A stretch of DNA of 64,000 nt, taken from contig OY970325.1 in assembly GCA_963717145.1 (NCBI GenBank), positions 1,600,001 through 1,664,000 of the forward strand, read 5' to 3'. The DNA is from an uncultured Armatimonadetes bacterium (lineage in GTDB: Bacteria; Armatimonadota; UBA5829; DTJY01). How positions within the stretch are numbered: position 1 is the first letter of the stretch; every line of letters starts with the position of its first letter. Both the position numbers and the translations under genes were made by a program. Positions 39,278 to 48,543 of the stretch are shown here, in pieces. The notes under the pieces are model-generated. The model saw only the letters and a program-made list of their open reading frames with translations. It ran no database searches and was not told the DNA's origin.

Positions 39278-41401
39278 CTAACTGATTGCAACCAGATCGC
39301 TGCCCTCGAAGCGCTTCAGAATGACGCTCTTCAGGTCCTGATGCCCGGCCATGTCCGGATCCGCCTTGATCAGTGCGAAGGCGTCCTCCCGGCTCTTCTC
39401 CAGGATTTCAACGTCGCGCAGGATATTGGCGATCCGCAGCGACGGCATTCCGCTCTGACGAGTCCCGTAGAACTCGCCCGGTCCTCGGATCCTCAGGTCT
39501 TCTTCCGCGATCACGAACCCGTCGCTCGTCCGAGCCATCACTTCCATGCGCTGGCGGGCATCGTCGGTGCTCGGATCGGATATAAGCACACAGAAAGACT
39601 GGTGCTCTCCACGCCCTACCCTGCCTCTGAGCTGGTGGAGCTGCGCCAGTCCGAACCGTTCCGCGTCCTCTATCAGCATAACGCAGGCATTCGGGACATC
39701 GACTCCGACCTCGATCACGGTCGTCGAGACGAGAAGCTGTATCTCGCCATCCCTGAACCTGCGCATGATATCTTCTTTTTCGGCCGACTTCATCTGCCCG
39801 TGCAGCAGGCCGAGCCTCAGGTCCGGGAAGACATCGTTCTGCAGATGCTCGGCAAGCTCGGTGGCCGCCCGTACCTGCAGCTTCTCCGACTCCTCGATCA
39901 GCGGGCAGACAATGTAGACCTGTTTCCCCTCGCCGATCAACTTCTTCGCCGCCTGATAGACTCTGGGCCGCTCGAAAGTCGCCTTCAGATGCGTCTTGAT
40001 CGGCTTCCGTCCCGGCGGCATCTCGTCTATCACCGACAGATCGAGATCGCCGTAGACCGTGAGCGCCAGGGTCCTCGGGATCGGCGTCGCGGTCATCACC
40101 AGGACGTCCGGGTTCCAGCCCTTATCCCTGAGCGCCGCCCTCTGCAGAACGCCGAACCGGTGCTGCTCGTCAACGACGACGAGCCCGAGCTTGGCGAACT
40201 CGACGCCCTCCTGGATCAGCGCATGAGTGCCGATCACGATCTGCGCCTCACCGGAGGCGATCCGCTCCCGGAACGCCCGCTTCTGCTTGGCGGTAAGGCT
40301 GCCCGTCAGCAGCGCCGTCTCGAGCCCGAGTTGCTCCGCCCAGCGAGTCAGCACCAGGTAGTGCTGCTCGGCCAGAATCTCGGTCGGCGCCATCAATGCG
40401 GCCTGGTAGCCGCTGTCAATGGCGACCATCATCGCCGCCAGCGCCACAATCGTCTTACCGGAGCCGACATCGCCCTGGATCAGGCGGTTCATCGCGATCG
40501 GTCGCGCCATGTCCCGCTCGATCTCGGCGATCACCCGCTTCTGGGCGTTCGTAAGATCGAACGGCAGGATCCCATAGAGCTGCTCAGTGCTTTCGGCGGT
40601 GACATCGAACGCGATCCCCGGCAGCGCGGTCGTCGCGTTCTGCCTCCGAAGGGCGAGTGCGAGCTGGAGGAAGAAAAACTCCTCGTACACCAGCCTGAAC
40701 CGCGCCGCGTCCTGAGCCGCCTCACTTTCGGGAAAATGGATATTCCTCAGGGCCGTCGCGAGATCGACCAGCCCGTGCCGCTTCCGAATCTCCTCCGGGA
40801 GCGTATCCTCCACCACGGGGAGGAACGTGTCCAACGCGTTGTATATGATCCGCCGGACTCTCCCCTGGAAGAGCCCCTCCGTGAGCGGATAGACCGGGAC
40901 TATCCGGTTCGACGAGAGCGTATCCGCTCCGTCGCCGATCTCCTCCCACTCCGGGCTGCTGATCTCTATGCCGCGTGAGCCGAACTGCGCCGTGCCGTAG
41001 ACGACTATTTCCTTGCCCAGCAGCTTGACGAACCTGTTCTTAAGATACCACTGGTTGAACCAGACCAGGTATGCGGTCCCGGATTCATCCTGCACCGCGA
41101 CCCTTGTCAGCAGGGTCTTGCTGCGAGGAGTCCGCACGTTGTCCGCAACCAGGACTTTGCCCCGGAAGCACGCGGTCTCACCGGCATGAAGCTGGGCTAT
41201 CCGACGGAGGTTCCGACGGTCCTCATAGCGCCGCGGAAAGTCCCACAGCAGGTCCTGCGCGGTAAAGATTCCCAGCTTCCCAAAAAGCTTGCTCAGCCGC
41301 TCGCCCACTCCCTTGACGAACTGAACGTTCATGTCGAGATCGGGAGGGCGACCGGACTTCCGCTGTTCCGAGCCGGCAGTGTTTATCCCTGACTGCTGCA
41401 T
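39278..41401 (-). CDS. recG: ATP-dependent DNA helicase RecG
   Basis: QGDVGSGKT, DEQHRFG, TATPIPRT, QLRGRVGR, wedge domain; GAGGAG RBS. Confidence 0.97.
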   Translation of the reverse strand: MQQSGINTAGSEQRKSGRPPDLDMNVQFVKGVGERLSKLFGKLGIFTAQDLLWDFPRRYEDRRNLRRIAQLHAGETACFRGKVLVADNVRTPRSKTLLTRVAVQDESGTAYLVWFNQWYLKNRFVKLLGKEIVVYGTAQFGSRGIEISSPEWEEIGDGADTLSSNRIVPVYPLTEGLFQGRVRRIIYNALDTFLPVVEDTLPEEIRKRHGLVDLATALRNIHFPESEAAQDAARFRLVYEEFFFLQLALALRRQNATTALPGIAFDVTAESTEQLYGILPFDLTNAQKRVIAEIERDMARPIAMNRLIQGDVGSGKTIVALAAMMVAIDSGYQAALMAPTEILAEQHYLVLTRWAEQLGLETALLTGSLTAKQKRAFRERIASGEAQIVIGTHALIQEGVEFAKLGLVVVDEQHRFGVLQRAALRDKGWNPDVLVMTATPIPRTLALTVYGDLDLSVIDEMPPGRKPIKTHLKATFERPRVYQAAKKLIGEGKQVYIVCPLIEESEKLQVRAATELAEHLQNDVFPDLRLGLLHGQMKSAEKEDIMRRFRDGEIQLLVSTTVIEVGVDVPNACVMLIEDAERFGLAQLHQLRGRVGRGEHQSFCVLISDPSTDDARQRMEVMARTSDGFVIAEEDLRIRGPGEFYGTRQSGMPSLRIANILRDVEILEKSREDAFALIKADPDMAGHQDLKSVILKRFEGSDLVAIS

Positions 41402-41428
41402 CTGACTCCTCGCGGAAAACACCCACGT

Positions 41429-41458
41429 ATTATACCGACGTGTTTCGACCTTTGTCAA
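41429..41458 (-). promoter_or_regulatory. Sigma70-type promoter of the recG gene string
   Basis: TTGACA-18 nt-TATAAT. Confidence 0.75.
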
Positions 41459-41486
41459 GGTTTTGGAGGAGGCGACTCCCAGGCTA

Positions 41487-42224
41487 CTAGAGCTTGAACT
41501 CCGAGTCCGGGATGCCGCTGTTGACCTTGATGTTCGAGTACTCGCTCGCGCCGGCGAGCTTGTTGTCCCGATTGTAGACGTCTATCCGGGTCGGGACCCA
41601 GATAGCCCCGATGTGCTTGTGTTTGGAGAAGACGTATCGTGAGTTCATCGAGCCATCGGACTCGTACTTCTCGAGTTTCAGCAGCTTGCAGGTCTTGGCC
41701 TCGACCCAGCAGGTGATGTGCTTCTCCTTGGAATTGGAGCGGATGAACGTGATCTTGTAGAGGACGTCGCTCGACGCCTTCTCGACACGGGCGTCTTCGA
41801 CGATGTAGTCGCGCCACAACTGCTCAGTCAGGATTCCGATGTCGAGATCGCCCTGGAGTTGGTGCGGTTCTTTGGTGCAATCCTGCTTCTTGCCGATGCC
41901 GAGACTCGGGACGCGGTATACCTTGAAACAGCCGTTCCTGATGATCGTGATGCCGAGCATGCCGAGCTTGCCGGCGACCTTCATCTTGTCCGGCGCTTTG
42001 TACTTCACCGTGGTCGTCTCGACATCGTAGCTCTTGGGAAAGTCCTTGCCGATCTTCGCCAGTTCCTTCTTGTTCCCGTAGACGACCTTGGCGGTCAGAG
42101 TGATGTCCTTGAAGCCTTTGGTGGCCGCTCGGACCTCGCTACGGACATCGACGGCAGCAGACGCGCCGAGGCCGATAGCGATGACCATGGCAGCCACCAG
42201 CAGATGGGTTCTCCTGATAATCAT
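41487..42224 (-). CDS. LolA-like / outer-membrane lipoprotein-sorting family protein
   Basis: Signal peptide, YKAPDKM, C-terminal YSNIKVNSGIPDSEF. Confidence 0.75.
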   Translation of the reverse strand: MIIRRTHLLVAAMVIAIGLGASAAVDVRSEVRAATKGFKDITLTAKVVYGNKKELAKIGKDFPKSYDVETTTVKYKAPDKMKVAGKLGMLGITIIRNGCFKVYRVPSLGIGKKQDCTKEPHQLQGDLDIGILTEQLWRDYIVEDARVEKASSDVLYKITFIRSNSKEKHITCWVEAKTCKLLKLEKYESDGSMNSRYVFSKHKHIGAIWVPTRIDVYNRDNKLAGASEYSNIKVNSGIPDSEFKL

Positions 42225-42341
42225 CAAGTGGTTCTGTACTTCCTTATGGATCGGCGACGACCGAGGCGGCGCATCGCAGAGCTTGTCCCTATAGTACAAT
42301 ACGCCGCCTTCGAGCGCAAGGTTTCGGAACCCGGATCAGCT

Positions 42342-43610
42342 CTACACCGCCTTCGCCTCGCCCTTCACCGAGTCGAATTCCATGACCCGGCCCTTCTGGT
42401 ACGAGTGGATGCCCATGTGGAGCGCGGTCATGATGTAGTTGCCGATCACCTCGTTGCTTCGAGGCTTCTGACGGCTCTTGACGCAATCGAGGAAATCGCG
42501 GAAGTGCTCCTCCAGCGAGTAACCTCTCTTTGCTTTGATCTCCTCGCGCTGTCCGCCCTGGACGACCGCTCCCTGCGGCTCGATGACGGCGCTTCCTCCG
42601 ATGTCGAGGCTGATCGTTCCCTTGTGCCCGCGAATAACCATCGGCAGGCCGGAGTTGTTCGCCAGAGAGCCGATCAGGAGGACCGACGGTCCGTTCGGGT
42701 ATTCCATCGTGATCGTGAAGATGTCGGGGATCTCGCGGCCATCCTTCAACTCGTACTGGCCGCCGGTCGCCGACACGCGCTTCGGGAACTCGAGTCCCAT
42801 CGTACGGATGAGCGGGGTCAATACGTGCGGGAAGAAGTCGGTCCCGACGCCGCCGGAGTAGTCCCAGAAGGATCGGAATGCGAAGAACCTCCCCGGATCC
42901 CACGGACGCTTCTTCGTCGAGCCGAGCCACATGTCCCAGTCGAGGTTCTTGGTCGGATCCGCCTGGCCGTCGTTGCTCTTGGGATCGTAGACTCCGATCG
43001 GACCGTTGCGCAGATCGGCCGCCTGCGCGTGGATCAGATTCCCGATGGCGCCGGCCTTGATCCGTTCGTGGGTCTCCTCCCAGATGCTCCCCGACATGAA
43101 CTGAGTTCCGACCTGCATCACCCGCTTGTTCCGCGCGATGGCCGCGACGATGTTCTGCGCCTCCTTGAGGTCGCGCCAGTGGGTCATCGGCTTTTCGCAG
43201 TAGACGTCCTTGCCCGAGTCGGCGGCGTCCACAGCCATGCGCGAGTGCCAGTGATCGGGTGACGCGATCGACACCGCGTCGATGTCCTTGCGCTCGAGAA
43301 TCCGGCGGTAATCCTTGTAGGGCTCTCCGCCGGTTCGAGCAACAGCGGCATCGAGGCGAACCTGATATACGTCGCTCACGGCGACGATATCGACCGGATA
43401 GCCGCCATTCTTCAGTCCGAGCAGGGCGCTGATATGGGCGTTCCCCATCCCACCACAACCGATCGTGGCGATCCTGATCCGCTCGTTCGGCGACGCCGAG
43501 GTCTCGGCGGCCTGCGCCACCGTGTTGGCCCCAAACAGTGCAACTCCACCGGCCACAGCGGCCGATCCCTTCAGAAACGTGCGTCGTGTGAGTCCTTCAT
43601 TAGGAGACAT
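42342..43610 (-). CDS. Tat-exported Gfo/Idh/MocA oxidoreductase
   Basis: TRRTFLK, IGCGGMG, PDHWH, CEKP, QVGTQ. Confidence 0.92.
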   Translation of the reverse strand: MSPNEGLTRRTFLKGSAAVAGGVALFGANTVAQAAETSASPNERIRIATIGCGGMGNAHISALLGLKNGGYPVDIVAVSDVYQVRLDAAVARTGGEPYKDYRRILERKDIDAVSIASPDHWHSRMAVDAADSGKDVYCEKPMTHWRDLKEAQNIVAAIARNKRVMQVGTQFMSGSIWEETHERIKAGAIGNLIHAQAADLRNGPIGVYDPKSNDGQADPTKNLDWDMWLGSTKKRPWDPGRFFAFRSFWDYSGGVGTDFFPHVLTPLIRTMGLEFPKRVSATGGQYELKDGREIPDIFTITMEYPNGPSVLLIGSLANNSGLPMVIRGHKGTISLDIGGSAVIEPQGAVVQGGQREEIKAKRGYSLEEHFRDFLDCVKSRQKPRSNEVIGNYIMTALHMGIHSYQKGRVMEFDSVKGEAKAV

Positions 43611-43708
43611 TGCGATCCCTCTCTTCTGCTGCCGGCTCGTTCCCCGGCAGCGGTTGTCAATGGCATGGTTCTACCCGGACACGGCAAGTCCTGCTCTGCA
43701 TTCCCCGC

Positions 43709-46700
43709 TCACTGCCCCGGAAGTGCGGGCCAGAGCGTCGGCGGAGGCGCGGGCGGCGCCGTCAGCATCTTTATCCGGCCTTGGGCCTGCCGATCATCTT
43801 TCACCAGGGAGAGGAGTTCCTGCCAGCACTTCAGGGCCTCCTCGTTCTTTTTCAAGCGCTCGTAAATGAACGCTGACTGCCGAATGGCGTCGGTCTTCTG
43901 GTAGTCGTATCGGGCAACCTTCGTCAGCCTGGTGTAGGCGGACAGCGCCTTCTCATAGTTCGTGCTCTGCGCATAGGCGCCGGCAAGGCGGCTGAGGTGT
44001 TCCGCCGCGCTGGCCGGCGAGAGCTCAAGTGCGAGTTTGAACGCGGCCACCGCCTCGTCAGCCTTCTCGAACTTCAGAAAGACCTCCCCGCAGGATGCCG
44101 CAACGTCATCCTCTTTGATGCCGGCGGCGCGCGGCAACGGCATCTCGCCACGGGCGTACCGCATGAGTCCCCTTGCCATTTCGAGCGCCTTTTCCGACCC
44201 CTCGCTGTCGGCATAGTGATCCATGAGTTCCACCACGTGCCGGAGCCTGTTCGGCTCCAATGCGATCAGCCGTTCCAGTACTCTGACGTAGAGCTGACGA
44301 TACTCATGCCGATGGGAAAGCCTCTCACGGACCCAGTCGAGCTGCATCGGATCGCTCCAGGTCAGGGCAATGGCCTCGTCAGCGATCGGCATCGCTGAGG
44401 TGAAATCGCGCAACTCGGAGTACAGGTCCACCAGCAGCAGCCTGCAGCCCACGAGTTTCGGCTTGCCGGCCAGCGAAGATGCCAGCACCGTCGCCAAGTC
44501 CTTGCGCTTACCCTCCGGCGTCCGCCATCGGAAGTTCGCGACTGCGAGGCTTGGGCTCTCTAGCGAGTCGACTGCCTCCAGACGGATCATCTGAGCAATA
44601 GCTTTGTGCAGTTGACCGCCTTGCAGGTAGTATTCCACCAGACTCGTCAATGCACTGATGTACTGATGCTCCGGATTCGCACGGTCCACCTTCAGCAGCC
44701 AGCATCGCTCAGCGGATGCTGTGTCGCCGAGGTTCTCATAGCAGCGGATCAGGGCCATCAGCGTGTCGGGCCTGTAGATCTTCTTCGTTTCGGCCTGCTG
44801 GAGTTCGTCGGCCTTCAGGAACTGCACTACGGCGTCCTGCCATTGACCTGCGTTGGCATAGCCGACACCGAGAGCGCAGTAGAAGTCATCGTTCGCAGGC
44901 GCACGTGCAACAAGCCGGCGCAGCAGATCGAGCGCCTTGTCGTGGTCCCCTATGCGGCTGTAGGCTTCTGCGAGCGCGGCATAGTAGTAGGGCTGGTTGG
45001 GCGAAAGCTCCATGCCTTGCCGGAGTGCTTTCGCCGCCTCTGTGTAGTCCTTCGCTCGCACGTGAGCATCCCCCAGCCTTGCGTAGAGCGCGGCCTGATT
45101 CGGCCACGCCTCGATCAGGTCACGAAGCGCCGACACATACATACCGGGATCGAAGACGTTGTTGAAGCCAAGGTCCGGGCCCGCGAGTTCGATAAGCAGG
45201 TAGGCGAGGTCCGTGTCGGTCTTGTCGGACTTCCACATCCCATGCACCGTCTCAATTGCCTCGGGCATGACCTTCAGTGCGGTGAAGATGCGCCGCAGAG
45301 TCTGCCTCGGCGTTGACATGCGCCAGTGAATCGCCGATGGTGTTCTGTACGGCGACATGAACTCCCGGTACACTTCGAGAGCCCTGGGGACGGTGATGCC
45401 CTCCGCCATGTAGATGTCCGCCAGTTCGCCAAAAATGAGGTTGCCGTCACTCCCGGATCGATCGTCGGGCCGAGACATGTAGATCGCGGCGATCTCCTTC
45501 GCGCCCTCGTAATCCTTCGCTGACTTCAGCTCCCGCATCACACGGGAGATCGGACCACCCGACGCGGACTTCGCGAGTTGGCGATACGCCGCCATTGCGG
45601 CATCCGGCTCGTCCAGCCTGGCAAGCATAAGACCGTACTGGAAGAGCAGGTTCGAGGCGTTCGGCAGGCGCTTGGTCGCGGCCTCGACCGGGCCGCGCAG
45701 GGCGTCCAGGCACCTCCGCGACGGACACATGGCCTGGAGGTCCCGAGCCGCCTGATCGCACTCGTTTGCACCGCCGATAGCGAGTACCTCGAGGTAGAGC
45801 CGCTCGGCCCGATCGTTGTCACCCAGCCTCTCACAGACCTGAGCTATCTCGCAGAGGGGCACTTCGGTACGCTTCTTGATCAATGCACTGAACCTGTCGA
45901 ACTCCTCGAGCGCCTGTTTGTCCATTCCGATATCGCGGTACGCCCGGGCGATAGCCAACGACGCCTTCGTGTCGCTCGGCATGGTGCTTCGGACCTCCGC
46001 TACGTACTTCAGAGCGACCTCGGGCGTGCGCGGGTCCGAGGCAAGTTCGAGCAGTGTCAGGAGCAGACACCGCCTGGCAGCCGGCCTGGATGCGAGGGCG
46101 CGCTCGTAGTCACGGACAGCGGAGGCATTCGACCGGGGATCGCCCATTCCCGTCATGGAATGCGCGCGCGTATACAGAAGATCGGGGTCGTCCGGGCACT
46201 CCTCCAACGTGGCATCGAGCACCTCATTGTCGGTGGGATGGGTGACCACGAACACGTCGCGTGCGGGCTTGTACTCGAACAGCGACTCATCTACGCCCAC
46301 GTTAACACGGACACTGATCTCCGTAGAGTCGATGTTGTTGTCATCTCCACCATCCACTCGCCTGGTTCCGAATGGCAGCGATATGCCAGGCGCAACCTCG
46401 CGTATGTCGGTCGCCTCCACCTCGTAGGTCTCGTCCGGCCCGATGGCCGTATCGAAGACCATCAGCCCGCTCTCCGCGTCAACTCCGAACCGACATTTCG
46501 TCGCAGTGCGCGAGGGCTCCAGGGTTACCGACGGGATGACGAACCGATACTGCATCTCAGGACCGTCACCCCCAAGGGAGAGGAAGCCCGATTCAGGAGA
46601 CATCCCCGGCTGACCCGGCGGCGGCGCCCACTTGCCCGTTTCAGGTGGCTCGCAGGTCTCGGAGTCGTCCTCCCAATCGTACTGCATCATATAGACCGGA

Positions 46701-47368
46701 CGACCGTTCCACATCTCAGCGCCTATGCTGACCAGGTTAGGCGGCTTTCGGGCGTCCGGGTCCGCAAGGAACTGCAGTCCCCACCAGCCAGTCGCCGTGA
46801 CGATCGATGGATAGCGTGGAGGCACCAGACGCACCTGCTTCTCCACATGGCAAGTCTCAGGCCTCCATGACCATCGACACTGACCATCCTCCACGGAGAT
46901 GTCTTTCTGTACTTTGCCCTCGGAGAGATACTCGCTCTCGAGGCGCGATTCTCCGGTCGATCTCCCTGCCAATCGGGTGGTCAGGGTCTTGATTCCAGCC
47001 GAGTTCGGCCCGGCTTTGCGCTCCGTGATGACCTGGTAGTCTTTGATCCTCGAATACATCCCCCGCACCAGGCCGAGCACATGCTCCGGGGCTGCCTTCG
47101 GGTATACACGATAACCGGCGTCGGTCTTGACGAACGTCCCGCCGCACAGCCGGCTCACGACCTCGAGCGACTCCTCCAGCGGCACGTCGGAAAGCTTCGT
47201 GGTGACTCTCACATCGCTCGGGGCCGCGAGCGTGATCTTCTCGCCGGACTGCCGCGTGAGATCGGCGATCACCGCATCGACCGGCTTGTCTGTGCAGTTG
47301 ATGCTGACCTGCGCGGCTGAGAGCACGTTCCCGATGAGTACAAAGCAGACAATGAGTATGGCTCGCAT
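43709..47368 (-). CDS. Large secreted TPR protein with N-terminal STN-like and LolA-like segments
   Basis: Signal peptide after GGAGGTG RBS; VSINCTDKPVDAVIADL; VNVGVDESLF; many TPR-like helical repeats. Confidence 0.75.
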   Translation of the reverse strand: MRAILIVCFVLIGNVLSAAQVSINCTDKPVDAVIADLTRQSGEKITLAAPSDVRVTTKLSDVPLEESLEVVSRLCGGTFVKTDAGYRVYPKAAPEHVLGLVRGMYSRIKDYQVITERKAGPNSAGIKTLTTRLAGRSTGESRLESEYLSEGKVQKDISVEDGQCRWSWRPETCHVEKQVRLVPPRYPSIVTATGWWGLQFLADPDARKPPNLVSIGAEMWNGRPVYMMQYDWEDDSETCEPPETGKWAPPPGQPGMSPESGFLSLGGDGPEMQYRFVIPSVTLEPSRTATKCRFGVDAESGLMVFDTAIGPDETYEVEATDIREVAPGISLPFGTRRVDGGDDNNIDSTEISVRVNVGVDESLFEYKPARDVFVVTHPTDNEVLDATLEECPDDPDLLYTRAHSMTGMGDPRSNASAVRDYERALASRPAARRCLLLTLLELASDPRTPEVALKYVAEVRSTMPSDTKASLAIARAYRDIGMDKQALEEFDRFSALIKKRTEVPLCEIAQVCERLGDNDRAERLYLEVLAIGGANECDQAARDLQAMCPSRRCLDALRGPVEAATKRLPNASNLLFQYGLMLARLDEPDAAMAAYRQLAKSASGGPISRVMRELKSAKDYEGAKEIAAIYMSRPDDRSGSDGNLIFGELADIYMAEGITVPRALEVYREFMSPYRTPSAIHWRMSTPRQTLRRIFTALKVMPEAIETVHGMWKSDKTDTDLAYLLIELAGPDLGFNNVFDPGMYVSALRDLIEAWPNQAALYARLGDAHVRAKDYTEAAKALRQGMELSPNQPYYYAALAEAYSRIGDHDKALDLLRRLVARAPANDDFYCALGVGYANAGQWQDAVVQFLKADELQQAETKKIYRPDTLMALIRCYENLGDTASAERCWLLKVDRANPEHQYISALTSLVEYYLQGGQLHKAIAQMIRLEAVDSLESPSLAVANFRWRTPEGKRKDLATVLASSLAGKPKLVGCRLLLVDLYSELRDFTSAMPIADEAIALTWSDPMQLDWVRERLSHRHEYRQLYVRVLERLIALEPNRLRHVVELMDHYADSEGSEKALEMARGLMRYARGEMPLPRAAGIKEDDVAASCGEVFLKFEKADEAVAAFKLALELSPASAAEHLSRLAGAYAQSTNYEKALSAYTRLTKVARYDYQKTDAIRQSAFIYERLKKNEEALKCWQELLSLVKDDRQAQGRIKMLTAPPAPPPTLWPALPGQ

Positions 47369-47589
47369 GTCGATCGCACCTCCGAGGGTCCGTCTCAATT
47401 GGGCATTGACGCTTCTGCTATTGGTAATCTTCACTATATGAGCGGGGAATCCTTCCACGCGCTCGTCTGGCAGGACACTACTCCCCGGATGCAGAACGTG
47501 TGGTCACAAACGGCCGAAACCCAACGTCTAAGGATTAGGAGTCGATCCCTCACTTGTGACCCCTGACTTCTCGATTCGGAGGAATACGC

Positions 47590-48543
47590 ATGGCAGGAAG
47601 CTCAGGCGTGACCCGCCAGCTATGGAAAGCGATCAGGCAGCTCAGCCCGGGGAAGGTGCTGAAGGAGTCCGAACAGCACTTCGCCCTCGCGGTTGTGGCG
47701 TCCGACTGCGACCAGGCCGAGGAGATGCGGGCCTTCCTACTCGGTCGGTCACCATCGCAAGAGGATACAGCTCGCCTGGCGGGGGTGCTGAGGCTCTATC
47801 TGACACCGGTGAGCGATGCCCAAGTTCGGGAGACCTCGCAGGAGGTCTCGATCGTGCTCGCATCTGTGGACGCTCACGAGGGGCTCGACCGCCTGGCAGC
47901 AAAGATGGCGGTATATCACCCCGAGGACCCCGCCGGATGCATCGACGCCATTCTCAACAGCGACGCGGGAGCGATGATGAGACTCTCGCTCGCCAGACAC
48001 GTTCCCGTCCTCCGACCGGAAGTCGCGCGGAGAATCGTGCGCCAGGTCGCTCTGGAGAACGCCACATTCGCGATAGGCACGGCGCTCGGTGATGTGGTCC
48101 CGAGCGTAATAGAGCCGATACTCGGAGTCGCCGAAGCCGTTGGTGACATCGTCGTGCTAACCGCCAATCAGGTGCGGATGACGTTCATGATCGCCGCCGG
48201 ATACGGGCAGAAAGTCGGGCTCGCGGCCCAGTGGAAGGAGATCTCCTCCATCATCGGGGCGGCGTTCACCTGGAGGGCAGTGGCACGGAACCTGGTGTCA
48301 AAGATCCCGTTCGGCGGCGGACTTGCGCCGAAGGGAGCGATCGCGTATGCGGGCACGTTCTCGATCGGCGAGGGGCTGGTGTACTACTACACGACTGGAC
48401 GCAAGATGACTCGCGAAGAAGCGGCGCGGACCTTCCGCTCGGCATTCTCCGGTTCGATGGAGAGAGTACGCGGGGTCGTGAACCGACTGAAGAAGAGCGC
48501 TGCCGCTGAGCCCTCAGGCGATAGCGATCTGGCTGCCGGATGA
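47590..48543 (+). CDS. Hypothetical protein with a DUF697-like C-terminal helical region
   Basis: DIVVLTANQVRM..IAAGYG, IPFGG..KGAIAYAGT..IG; GGAGG RBS. Confidence 0.75.
   Translation: MAGSSGVTRQLWKAIRQLSPGKVLKESEQHFALAVVASDCDQAEEMRAFLLGRSPSQEDTARLAGVLRLYLTPVSDAQVRETSQEVSIVLASVDAHEGLDRLAAKMAVYHPEDPAGCIDAILNSDAGAMMRLSLARHVPVLRPEVARRIVRQVALENATFAIGTALGDVVPSVIEPILGVAEAVGDIVVLTANQVRMTFMIAAGYGQKVGLAAQWKEISSIIGAAFTWRAVARNLVSKIPFGGGLAPKGAIAYAGTFSIGEGLVYYYTTGRKMTREEAARTFRSAFSGSMERVRGVVNRLKKSAAAEPSGDSDLAAG

Noticed and set aside
48514-48543. 30-bp convergent overlap of sbcC and the DUF697-like gene
   Set aside because: Short 3' overlaps are common and both C-termini look complete.
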